The notes under the pieces are model-generated. The model was given only the letters and a program-made list of their open reading frames with translations, did not search any database and was not told the origin of the DNA. Made by a program: the position numbers and the translations under genes. Positions 39,426-47,528 of a DNA stretch of 64,000 nt are shown here, one piece after another. The stretch comes from an uncultured delta proteobacterium (GTDB lineage: Bacteria; Myxococcota_A; Polyangia; Fen-1088): positions 32,001-96,000 of the forward strand of contig CAVTRY010000006.1 of assembly GCA_963737265.1 (NCBI GenBank), in the 5' to 3' direction. Position 1 is the stretch's first letter. Each line of letters opens with the position of its first letter.

Positions 39426-40004
39426 GGGTGCCTCCCTGAAACGGGGGCCCCAGCCGGGGGCTCGGTGAGGTAGCAACTTCTGGCGGAGTGCCGCCGAAAA
39501 CGCAGATCTGGAACAGCGAGGAACGGAGAAACAGAGACAGGATGACTTTACTGGGCAAATTATCGCCGCCTGCATCGAAGTCCACCGTCACCTCGGTCCC
39601 GGGCTGCTTGAGTCGGCCTACGAGCACTGCCTGGCGCGCGAGCTAGGCCTGCGTGGATTTCGCACGCAACGTCAGGTCGCGATTCCTCTGCAGTACAAAG
39701 GCATTGACCTCGACTGCGGCTATCGCCTCGACCTCATGGTGGAAGGCCGTTTGGTCGTCGAAGTCAAGGCGGTAGAGCAGTTGCTTCCTGTCCACTTGGC
39801 ACAGGTCATTACCTATCTCAAGCTCCTACGACTGCCGGTGGGCCTGCTCGTCAATTTCCACGTCCCCGTACTTCGCGAGGGTCTCCGCCACCTCGTCAAC
39901 CCAACCCGTGATCCCTCTGGTCCTCCGTTCCTCCCTGTTTTTCCCTCCGATCCCACCTGCGCGGGGCGAGGTGAAGCCCCAGCCCCCATTTCAGGGAAGC
40001 ACCC
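39426..40004. mobile_element. 579-bp transposase-less insertion cassette carrying a GxxExxY nuclease gene
   Basis: TIR gggtgcctccctgaaacgggggc/gcccccatttcagggaagcaccc (21/23); direct repeat caccagaaa at 39417-25 and 40005-13; inner IR 39512-36/39915-39. Confidence 0.9.
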
Positions 40005-40026
40005 CACCAGAAATGCGAGCAGGTAG
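39508..40026 (+). CDS. GxxExxY protein (PD-(D/E)XK nuclease family)
   Basis: IIAACIEVHRHLGPGLLESAYE, YKG, YRLDLMVE..VVEVKAV, HLAQVITYLK, GLLVNF; frame open from 39469; CTG start inferred. Confidence 0.9.
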   Translation: MEQRGTEKQRQDDFTGQIIAACIEVHRHLGPGLLESAYEHCLARELGLRGFRTQRQVAIPLQYKGIDLDCGYRLDLMVEGRLVVEVKAVEQLLPVHLAQVITYLKLLRLPVGLLVNFHVPVLREGLRHLVNPTRDPSGPPFLPVFPSDPTCAGRGEAPAPISGKHPTRNASR

Positions 40027-40381
40027 GGATTGTTCACCCCGGCGATCGCGATGAAATCGCCGATACTTTTTAGCTCGCCGATTGAGCAACTGCGCGGCGT
40101 ACGCGGCGAGGACGAGCGGACCAGACCGGTTCGGAACGGGATCCGGCGTGCCGGGGCTGGGATCACGTGGACCTCCGGGTTGAGCCGTCGTCGTGAAACC
40201 GGGTGATGACCGAAATCAGCATGGGGCGCTCGCCGCGCGCATCATCCCACGCCGGGTGGCCCGGCCAAGAACTTTGAAGCCGCGTTTTGTGAGGGCGGGT
40301 AGGGTGTCGGCAATTCTCTTTGCAGGGCCGCCTGGCCACGCCGGTGCGATACAATGAGGGACATGGAGGACACGAGCTCGA

Positions 40382-40984
40382 GTGGATAGGACCTGTTCCC
40401 GCCGCGAACGCCAGCATTGGTGTCCTTCCGTGGTGTTTATTATCCTCTTCTTTCTGGTCCGGACGGCCAATGCCAGCGACGAGGAGAAGATGCCAGCGCC
40501 ACGCTTGGCGACGTTTTTCGGGCGACTCCTTGCCTACGATACCAACCTCAAGGACCGGGCGAAGGGACGCATCGACATCGCTGTCCTCTATCGGCGCGGG
40601 GGCACATCGCCGGAGGATCTCGCCGCGATGACGAACGCTCTCCAGACCCTCGAGCTGACGAGGATCTTGGACCTTCCGGTCAAGACCTACAGCGTCGCCG
40701 TCACCAACCTGGCGGAGTTGGAAAAGGCGGTCGAGCTGCACGGCATCGATGCGTTCATCGTCAGCCCCGGCCTCGAAGGGCAAACCGCGCTCATCACCCA
40801 AGTGAGTGAAAGAAGGAAGGTCATCGCCCTTGGCTTGGCCAGCGCTCAGGCGCGTGCAGGCTTCGCCGTCGCGGTCTATCTTGAAAACAAGAAGAGCAAA
40901 ATCCTGGTGAACCTGAGCGCGAGCAAGCTCAAGGGCGCCGCGTTCAGCAGCGACCTGCTACGGCTCTCGGAGGTCATCCCGTGA
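40382..40984 (+). CDS. YfiR/DUF4154-like periplasmic protein
   Basis: Signal-like segment, RLLAYD.NL, C-terminal KILVNL.ASK..GA.FSSDLLRLSEVI. Confidence 0.7.
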   Translation: MDRTCSRRERQHWCPSVVFIILFFLVRTANASDEEKMPAPRLATFFGRLLAYDTNLKDRAKGRIDIAVLYRRGGTSPEDLAAMTNALQTLELTRILDLPVKTYSVAVTNLAELEKAVELHGIDAFIVSPGLEGQTALITQVSERRKVIALGLASAQARAGFAVAVYLENKKSKILVNLSASKLKGAAFSSDLLRLSEVIP

Positions 40985-42327
40985 AGCAGCGTCGGAGTTC
41001 TCCCAAGATCCCGAAAATTCCCATGGCCATGCTCGTCGGGCTGGGCCTCATCGCGACGGTCCCTGCCACCCCCAGCGACGGTGCGGAAAAGGCCGCGCGG
41101 AAGAAACAGGCCGAGATCACGCTTCAAGTGTGGATCATGCCCAATGCGCCGAGCGACAACGAGAAGCACTTCGCCGAGCTCATTCGCCCCTTTAGCGAGG
41201 CCAATCCACGCATCAAGGTCGTGCCCACCGTGCTGCGCTGGAATGTCGCGTGGGATAGGATCCAAGACGCAGTCAGCGGTGGTCCAGCGCCGGATCTCAT
41301 GCAGCTCGGAACCAGCTGGGTTGCCGCCATCGCCGCAACCGGCATGCTGGTAGACCTCTCGGGGAAATACGACCAAAGCCTTTTCCCGCCGCAGGTGCTT
41401 GCCACGACCATGATTGAAGGGCAGCTAGGCCGCTTCGCCATGCCGTGGATCGTGGACACACGCGCGCTTTACTACAACAAGGCCGCCTGTGCCAAGGCTG
41501 GCATCGATCCGACCAGGGACTTCGCGACCTGGGCCAGCTTCAAGACCGCGCTCAGGAAGCTGAAAGACATCGAGGTGGACGGCAAACATCCCTGGCCCTT
41601 GGGGGTCAGCAACAGCATGGCCGGCCGGGACGGGATTCACAATCTGTCGTGGTGGCTGTGGGGCGCGGGTGGGGGATTCGTCGCGCGAGGCGCGGGGGAA
41701 AACGGCATCGATTCCCCGGGGTCGAGGGACGGCATCGAATACTACAGCAGCCTGTTTCGCGAGGGACTCATGTCGCCCAAAGCAGACAAGGAGACTGGCT
41801 ATTCCGTCATGGACATGTTTCGCCGGGGCGATCTCGCCACCACCATCGCCTTGCCCATTCCGTCGCTACCCGAAGATCGCTTCGGCGTCACGCTCGTGCC
41901 CGAGGGGCCGCGGGGACGATTCTCCTTTCTCGGGGGCAGCACCTTGGCGGTCCTCAAGTCCTCGAAACATCCGGAACAAGCCGTGGCGCTCATCAAATTC
42001 CTCTCCAGCGAAGCGGCGCAGGTTCGCTATTCCACGCTGACCGGGATCTTGCCCGCCGCTGCCGCCGAATATGACGAATTGCTGCTCAAGCTTCATCCCG
42101 TCCTAGCCACCTTCGTCGAGGAGATGCGCTACGGGAGAGCGTATCCTTCGATCGCGCAATGGGGCGACATCGAGAATGTCCTACACGAAGGCATCGAGAA
42201 GGTCTGGCTTATTGCCAAGAAGCCCGGGCCCTACGACAAGACCGGCGTTGGCGATGAGCTTGACAAGATGGCCAAGAAGATCGACGGCATCCTCCACGCA
42301 CCGGCCAAGACCAAATCAAACCGATAG
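40981..42327 (+). CDS. Extracellular sugar-type solute-binding protein
   Basis: F..ANP.IKV, APDLMQLG.SW, AMPWIVDTRALYYNK, FLGGS.LAV.K.SKH.E.A. Confidence 0.9.
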   Translation: MKQRRSSPKIPKIPMAMLVGLGLIATVPATPSDGAEKAARKKQAEITLQVWIMPNAPSDNEKHFAELIRPFSEANPRIKVVPTVLRWNVAWDRIQDAVSGGPAPDLMQLGTSWVAAIAATGMLVDLSGKYDQSLFPPQVLATTMIEGQLGRFAMPWIVDTRALYYNKAACAKAGIDPTRDFATWASFKTALRKLKDIEVDGKHPWPLGVSNSMAGRDGIHNLSWWLWGAGGGFVARGAGENGIDSPGSRDGIEYYSSLFREGLMSPKADKETGYSVMDMFRRGDLATTIALPIPSLPEDRFGVTLVPEGPRGRFSFLGGSTLAVLKSSKHPEQAVALIKFLSSEAAQVRYSTLTGILPAAAAEYDELLLKLHPVLATFVEEMRYGRAYPSIAQWGDIENVLHEGIEKVWLIAKKPGPYDKTGVGDELDKMAKKIDGILHAPAKTKSNR

Positions 42328-42387
42328 CTCCAATCCTCGACTGTCGGCTGCTTGCAATCGTCCGGGTCTCGGTCATGGTGGTTCGTC

Positions 42388-43290
42388 ATGCGAGCGTTGG
42401 TCACTGGAGCGACAGGATTTATCGGCCGGGCGCTTATCGCGCGGCTGGGCGAAGTGGTCGTGCTCAGTCGCGATGCCGCGCGGACCAAGCTGCGCCTGCC
42501 CGCGGTCGAGGCCCATGTGTGGGAACCCGCGTCCAAGCCGCCCCCGAGCGCGGCTCTTCGGGGCGCCGACGTGGTCTTCAATCTGGCAGGCGAAGCGCTC
42601 GCGGACGGGCGATGGTCGGCTGGCAAGAAGGCCCGCATTCGCGAGAGCCGCGTGCTGGGAACGCGCAATCTGGTAGCCGGGCTCGCGGCCCTGGATCCGG
42701 ACCTGCGGCCACGCGTGCTTGTCTCGGCGTCGGCCGTCGGCTACTACGGCGACCGCGGCGACGAAGCGCTCGATGAAGGCTCGACGGTGGGCCAGGGCTT
42801 TCTCGCCGACGTGTGCAACGCGTGGGAGCAGGAAGCGATGGCGGCGGAACGACTGGACATCCGCGTGGTCCTCATTCGAATCGGAATCGTGCTGGCTCGC
42901 GGCGGTGGGGCGCTCGACCGAATGCTCATTCCATTCAAGATGGGCGTGGGCGGACGCCTCGGCGGCGGCAGGCAATGGATGTCTTGGATCGCCATTGACG
43001 ATGTTGTCGGGATCCTTTTGCACGCTGCGGGCAACGACCATATTCGAGGAGCAATGAATGCAGTGGCCGCAAGTCCGGTCACCAACGCCGATTTCACGCA
43101 GGCGCTGGGCCGTGCCGTGCGCCGGCCGGCCGTGCTGCCGGTGCCGCAAGCCGTGCTTCGCATCGCCTTCGGCGAGATGAGCGAGCTCCTGCTCGCCTCG
43201 CAGAAGGTCTTCCCGCGCGTCGCCCATTCCACCGGCTACACCTTTCGGCACCCAGAGCTCGCCGGAGCCCTCGATGCCATGGTGTCATGA
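42388..43290 (+). CDS. TIGR01777-type NAD-dependent epimerase/oxidoreductase
   Basis: VTGATGFIG, NLAGE, SRV.GTRNL, SASAVGYYG, GFLADVC..WE, G.QWMSWI, SQKV.P. Confidence 0.92.
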   Translation: MRALVTGATGFIGRALIARLGEVVVLSRDAARTKLRLPAVEAHVWEPASKPPPSAALRGADVVFNLAGEALADGRWSAGKKARIRESRVLGTRNLVAGLAALDPDLRPRVLVSASAVGYYGDRGDEALDEGSTVGQGFLADVCNAWEQEAMAAERLDIRVVLIRIGIVLARGGGALDRMLIPFKMGVGGRLGGGRQWMSWIAIDDVVGILLHAAGNDHIRGAMNAVAASPVTNADFTQALGRAVRRPAVLPVPQAVLRIAFGEMSELLLASQKVFPRVAHSTGYTFRHPELAGALDAMVS

Positions 43291-44045
43291 GCGACCAGTT
43301 TGCCACCACCAAATTTCCGCATGGTGCTAGCATCGTCCCCATGGCGATCCGAGACGTGGTGGTACCCGCAGTAGTGGCGGCAGTCGTGGCCGCCGCAACG
43401 ACAGTGGCGCTCAACCGCGCCGTGCTCCAGCACGATGCCGTCGAGGTTCCGTCGGTGCTAGGTCTGCCAACGCAAAGCGCGCGCGCGTTGATTGAGAGCC
43501 GCGGCCTGATGTTCGTGGTGGGCGAGGAACGCGACGATATCAAGATCCCGGCTGGCAACGTGGTGGCCCAGCGGCCGCTCGAAGGATCGAGAATCGAACG
43601 CGGCCAGGCCGTGGATGTGGTGGTGGCCAAAGCGCCCGCGCCGATCAAGGCGCCCGCGCTGGTCGGCCTGGCGCTGGGCGAGGCGAAGCTGCGGCTCGAG
43701 ACCGCGAAATTGGTTGCCGGCAAAATCACCGAAGAAGCGAGCGCGGATGTGAAGGCCGGTAGCGTGATCTCGCAGAGCGTGACCGAGGGCGGAGAGATCC
43801 GGGTGGGAAACGCCATCGACCTCGTCGTCTCCAAGGGCGCGGCGATGATCCCCGTGCCAAGTGTGGTCGGCCGCTCGCTCGCCAAGGCAAAGGACGAGCT
43901 GCAAAAGACCGGCTTCACCGTGGGAAACCTGCGATCACGGGAAGATGACGACCACAGTGACGGCGTGATTCTGGAGCAGAATCCAGCCGCCAATCAGCGG
44001 GCCGCCAAGGGCTCGGCCGTGGACTTGGTCGTCAATAGGACCTAG
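43287..44045 (+). CDS. Membrane-anchored protein with three PASTA domains
   Basis: Three VP.V.G...A...L...G.V..Q.P..G..V.LVVS repeats after a TM segment. Confidence 0.9.
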   Translation: MSDQFATTKFPHGASIVPMAIRDVVVPAVVAAVVAAATTVALNRAVLQHDAVEVPSVLGLPTQSARALIESRGLMFVVGEERDDIKIPAGNVVAQRPLEGSRIERGQAVDVVVAKAPAPIKAPALVGLALGEAKLRLETAKLVAGKITEEASADVKAGSVISQSVTEGGEIRVGNAIDLVVSKGAAMIPVPSVVGRSLAKAKDELQKTGFTVGNLRSREDDDHSDGVILEQNPAANQRAAKGSAVDLVVNRT

Positions 44046-44063
44046 ATCCGTCCGGCGGCGGCG

Positions 44064-45566
44064 TCACGCCGGGTCCTGGCCTGCGACGACGAGATTGCGC
44101 CCGCCGCGCTTGGCTGCGTAGAGCGCTGCATCGACATTCGCCAGCAGAGCTTCGCCGCTCGCCTGGGAGCCAGGCTGCAAAGTGGCGTGGCCGGCGGAAG
44201 CGGTAATGTGCAGCACCGAGCCATTGCCGATGTCGTGGATGGCTTCAGCCAAGCGGCGGCGCAGGCGCTCGGCAACCACCGCCGCGCCGGGCGCGTCGGT
44301 GTCGGGCAACAGCAAGACGAATTCCTCGCCGCCGTAGCGTGCGGTGATGTCGCTCGGTCGCATGCGGCCGCCCAGCGCCTTGGCAACCCCGGCCAGCACC
44401 TTGTCGCCGGCCTGGTGACCGTAGTTGTCGTTCACCAGCTTGAAGTGATCGATGTCGAACAGAATCAGACTTAGCGGCGATCCCTTGAGCTTCGCCTGCG
44501 CCATCTTCTCGGCGAACATCTGATCGAAGTACGCGCGGTTGTAAAGCCCGGTCAGTCCATCGCGCTGGACCTCCTGTTCGAGATGTCTCGTCTTGGCTTC
44601 GAGCGAGCCGATGGCCTCCTGGGCGTCGCTGGCCTGCCGGTTGGCGGCCAGGGCGAGAATCAGCAGGGTTTCCTTGGCCTGATCCAGTATGGCTGACAGA
44701 TCCTCGGGCGAACCGATATCGAGGTCGAAATAGGCGGCGACCTCTTCGCTTTGCTTCGCCACCCGCCGCAGGGTCGCATCCAACTTCTGGTCGTCGATTT
44801 GCAGCAGCCGCGAGGACGAGCGCCGCAACGTCCGGGTCGCGCCGGCCGCGTCCTCCTCGATCCACACGTCTGCAACCGCGCCCGAAACCGCCACCAAGCG
44901 CGCAAGCTGCGCGACGTCCCGGTGGGTACCTTCAGGCAGGCTCTCGGGCGCGTGGCTCGCGGCGATGGCGTTGCACAGGGTCGCGGGGAGCTTCCAACGC
45001 TCGGCCATCCAGGCGCCGATGGCGGCATGATCTTCGCCGAACATCTTGTGCTCGCTCTCGGCGAGCACGGCGTGGCTTGCGCCAGGCCGCGCGATGGCGG
45101 CATAGTCGGAGCCCGCCAGCTGGCGCAGCGCCAGGACGCCAATGTCTTGCAAAAGCGCGCCCATAAACGCCTCCTCGCCGAGGCGAAAATTCGTAGTCAA
45201 GGCCAGCTCGCGCGCCGCCACCGCCGAGAGCAACGAGCGCTTCCAAAACCATGTGAGTGCCTTCTTGTCGCGGGTCTGCAAGCCCTTGACCAAGGAGAAC
45301 GACAGGGCCAGCGGACGCACCGCCGACAGGCCGAGCAGACAAATGGCGTGAGAAACCGTGCGCACCTCGCACTTGAGACCGTACATCGGCGAGTTGGTTA
45401 GACGCAGAATCTTGGCCGACAGCGCCGGGTCGCTGGCGATCAGCTTGGCGATCTCGCCCATGTCCGGTTCATCGCGCTGGCACAGGTCCAGAATCTGGAT
45501 GGCAACCGCCGGCATGCTGGGCAGATCGGCACACCTCGCGAGTTTTTCCCGGATGGCGCTACTCAT
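44064..45566 (-). CDS. HDOD-GGDEF diguanylate cyclase
   Basis: LPSMP..DPALSAKILR..NS (HDOD); DGLTGLYNR, DIDHFK.VND.YGH.AGD, RYGGEEF. Confidence 0.93.
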   Translation of the reverse strand: MSSAIREKLARCADLPSMPAVAIQILDLCQRDEPDMGEIAKLIASDPALSAKILRLTNSPMYGLKCEVRTVSHAICLLGLSAVRPLALSFSLVKGLQTRDKKALTWFWKRSLLSAVAARELALTTNFRLGEEAFMGALLQDIGVLALRQLAGSDYAAIARPGASHAVLAESEHKMFGEDHAAIGAWMAERWKLPATLCNAIAASHAPESLPEGTHRDVAQLARLVAVSGAVADVWIEEDAAGATRTLRRSSSRLLQIDDQKLDATLRRVAKQSEEVAAYFDLDIGSPEDLSAILDQAKETLLILALAANRQASDAQEAIGSLEAKTRHLEQEVQRDGLTGLYNRAYFDQMFAEKMAQAKLKGSPLSLILFDIDHFKLVNDNYGHQAGDKVLAGVAKALGGRMRPSDITARYGGEEFVLLLPDTDAPGAAVVAERLRRRLAEAIHDIGNGSVLHITASAGHATLQPGSQASGEALLANVDAALYAAKRGGRNLVVAGQDPA

Positions 45567-45675
45567 GGCAGTCACTTAGAGACTTCGGTGGTATTGCGAG
45601 GGTTCTAAAGCAGGTGGGGAGCCGGTGGGACAGCCCACTGTGCGCGTCGGCGCAGGCGAGCTATGCTCCACCCCG

Positions 45676-46926
45676 ATGACCAACCCACAGATCAACGCCG
45701 AGCAGATTCACTTCCTGCGTCAGCTGCGCCTGTTTCTCGAAGAGATCTGCTGCGAGATCTGCCGGTTCGAGGTCGTCGGCCATCACGACTTGGGGGCCGA
45801 GAACGTGGAGATCTCGCGCGAAGTCGATCTGGGCGTCACCGGCGCGTTCGCGGATGTGGTGGTGCGCGCGCCTGGTCGTGCCCCATTCTTCGTCGAGGTC
45901 AAGTTCGGCTACGCCAGCGACCGCATGGTGGAACACTTCACCCGCAAATACCACCAACCATCGCCCACGGTGCCGGATGCGGATCGCGTGATCGTCGTCG
46001 TCGACCGCACCGACCGTTCTGATTGGTCGCTGCTGGAATCCCGCCTGCGCAAGGTCACGCGCAGGGAGTTGAAGCTCGAGTTCTGGGATGAACACCGCCT
46101 GCAGGAGCTCGTCGCCGCTTGCTTCGGCCTGAAACTCGGCGCAATGACCACCGGCGGTTTGTCCGAGCTGCGCAATGCCATCGACGATATCAAGTGGAAA
46201 TGGGCGTTCGGCGAGAGTCACGTCGAAAGCCCGCTCAAGACGTCGCTGCTGTGGCACTTCGGCTACTCGCGCCTGCTGCAATTGCACAAGGTGCACAAGT
46301 TTGCGCCCGAACAAATCCTTCCGCCACGCCGCTTTCGCAACGCCGTGGTCATGCTGGCCGACCTGTCGTCGTTTTCGAGCTTCGTGCGCGACACGCGCGA
46401 CGACGAAGTCATGCGCAACGCCTTGACCACGTTCTATTCCAATTCGCGCTACGCCGTCATCAACTCGGGCGGCATGATGTCGCAGTTCGTGGGCGACGAG
46501 GTCGTGGCCCTGTTCGGCGTGCCCGACGTGCAGGACGGTTACGGCAAGCGCGCCCTCGATTGCGCACGATCCCTGCTGCAAATCGGCAGCTCGGTTTCGA
46601 ACCGCTGGCAGCGCGAGATCGATCGCATTCAACCTTCGGGTGGCGTGCACATCGGCATGGCCATGGGCGACATCCAGTCCGTGCTCTACCGGCCCTTTTG
46701 CAGCAGCCACGTCGGCATCGTGGGCGACGCCGTCAATCTGGCCGCGCGCCTGCTCGCCCAGGCGTCGACCCACGAAATCGTCGTGTCCAACACCTATCTA
46801 CAGACGCTACCCGATCGCGACCAGAGCGGCTTTCAGGAAATGGAGCCGCTCGAGGCCAAGAACGTCGGTCTCATCAAGGCGTGGAAGCTGCATCAACAGT
46901 CGAGCTACTCCACACGCGGGGCGTGA
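45676..46926 (+). CDS. Class III nucleotidyl cyclase fused to an N-terminal PD-(D/E)XK/Mrr-like domain
   Basis: C-terminal ADLSSFS, FVGDEV, HIG..MG, GDAVNLAARL; N-terminal E..D..VEVK and LEFWD..L. Confidence 0.8.
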   Translation: MTNPQINAEQIHFLRQLRLFLEEICCEICRFEVVGHHDLGAENVEISREVDLGVTGAFADVVVRAPGRAPFFVEVKFGYASDRMVEHFTRKYHQPSPTVPDADRVIVVVDRTDRSDWSLLESRLRKVTRRELKLEFWDEHRLQELVAACFGLKLGAMTTGGLSELRNAIDDIKWKWAFGESHVESPLKTSLLWHFGYSRLLQLHKVHKFAPEQILPPRRFRNAVVMLADLSSFSSFVRDTRDDEVMRNALTTFYSNSRYAVINSGGMMSQFVGDEVVALFGVPDVQDGYGKRALDCARSLLQIGSSVSNRWQREIDRIQPSGGVHIGMAMGDIQSVLYRPFCSSHVGIVGDAVNLAARLLAQASTHEIVVSNTYLQTLPDRDQSGFQEMEPLEAKNVGLIKAWKLHQQSSYSTRGA

Positions 46927-46935
46927 CGAGCCCGG

Positions 46936-47457
46936 CTATTTCGCCTCTTTCGCAATCACGCCGCAGGCGATGCGTTCGCCTGCGTTGCCGGCCGGGTCGG
47001 TCTTCATATCGTCGGCCTTGGCGTGAATGACCAACGCGGTTCCGCCGTTGCTGTAGAGCGAATGGGCGTCGGTCCCGAGATTCACGCTCTTGTTGACAAT
47101 GGTCGCCTTGGCATTGCCCTTGTCGTCCGCAGTGAAGTTGAGCATGTCCCCGGCGTGACAGCCCTCCGGATTCTCCAGCCCGTGCTTCTTCCCGTCGGGA
47201 TTGAAGTGCGGGCCAGCGGACTTGAAATCCGGAGCGTCGCATTTCGCGTTCTGATGAAAGTGAATGGCGTGCTCGCCGGGCGTGAGCCCGCGAAGATTCA
47301 GCTTCAGCTCCACGCCGGTGGCGATGGATTTGATCTTGACGGTTCCCATGCCCTTGCCCTTGGCGTCTTTGACATCGACCGTGATTGCACTTCCCTTGGC
47401 CATGCTTGTGGCTGACACAAGAGAGAATAGAGACAACAGCAGGATGGTTTTGCGCAT
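46936..47457 (-). CDS. sodC: Periplasmic Cu/Zn superoxide dismutase
   Basis: GEHAIHFH, SAGPHFNP, KHG, HAGD, ALVIHAKADD, GNAGERIACGVI; signal peptide. Confidence 0.95.
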   Translation of the reverse strand: MRKTILLLSLFSLVSATSMAKGSAITVDVKDAKGKGMGTVKIKSIATGVELKLNLRGLTPGEHAIHFHQNAKCDAPDFKSAGPHFNPDGKKHGLENPEGCHAGDMLNFTADDKGNAKATIVNKSVNLGTDAHSLYSNGGTALVIHAKADDMKTDPAGNAGERIACGVIAKEAK

Positions 47458-47528
47458 GATGCGCGATTTTAGCGCCGATAGTGCCCGCGTCCACCGCGGC
47501 ACTGCCAAGCTACCTTCCGGAGACAGGC

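Larger units (their letters stand above)
38619..40166 (-). pseudogene. Decayed multi-pass membrane protein gene interrupted by the GxxExxY cassette
   Basis: Removing the insert and one target copy joins ..NNPYLLAFLV to VLALGMVSFAWL.. in frame; C-terminal part has TM segments and FMDPRLEV; 5' end unclear and probably truncated. Confidence 0.65.

Noticed and set aside
39426-40004. Read-through of the host gene across the GxxExxY cassette (insert plus duplication is 588 bp, a multiple of 3)
   Set aside because: The host frame contains several stops inside the insert (e.g. 39813, 39618, 39588), so it is not intein-like
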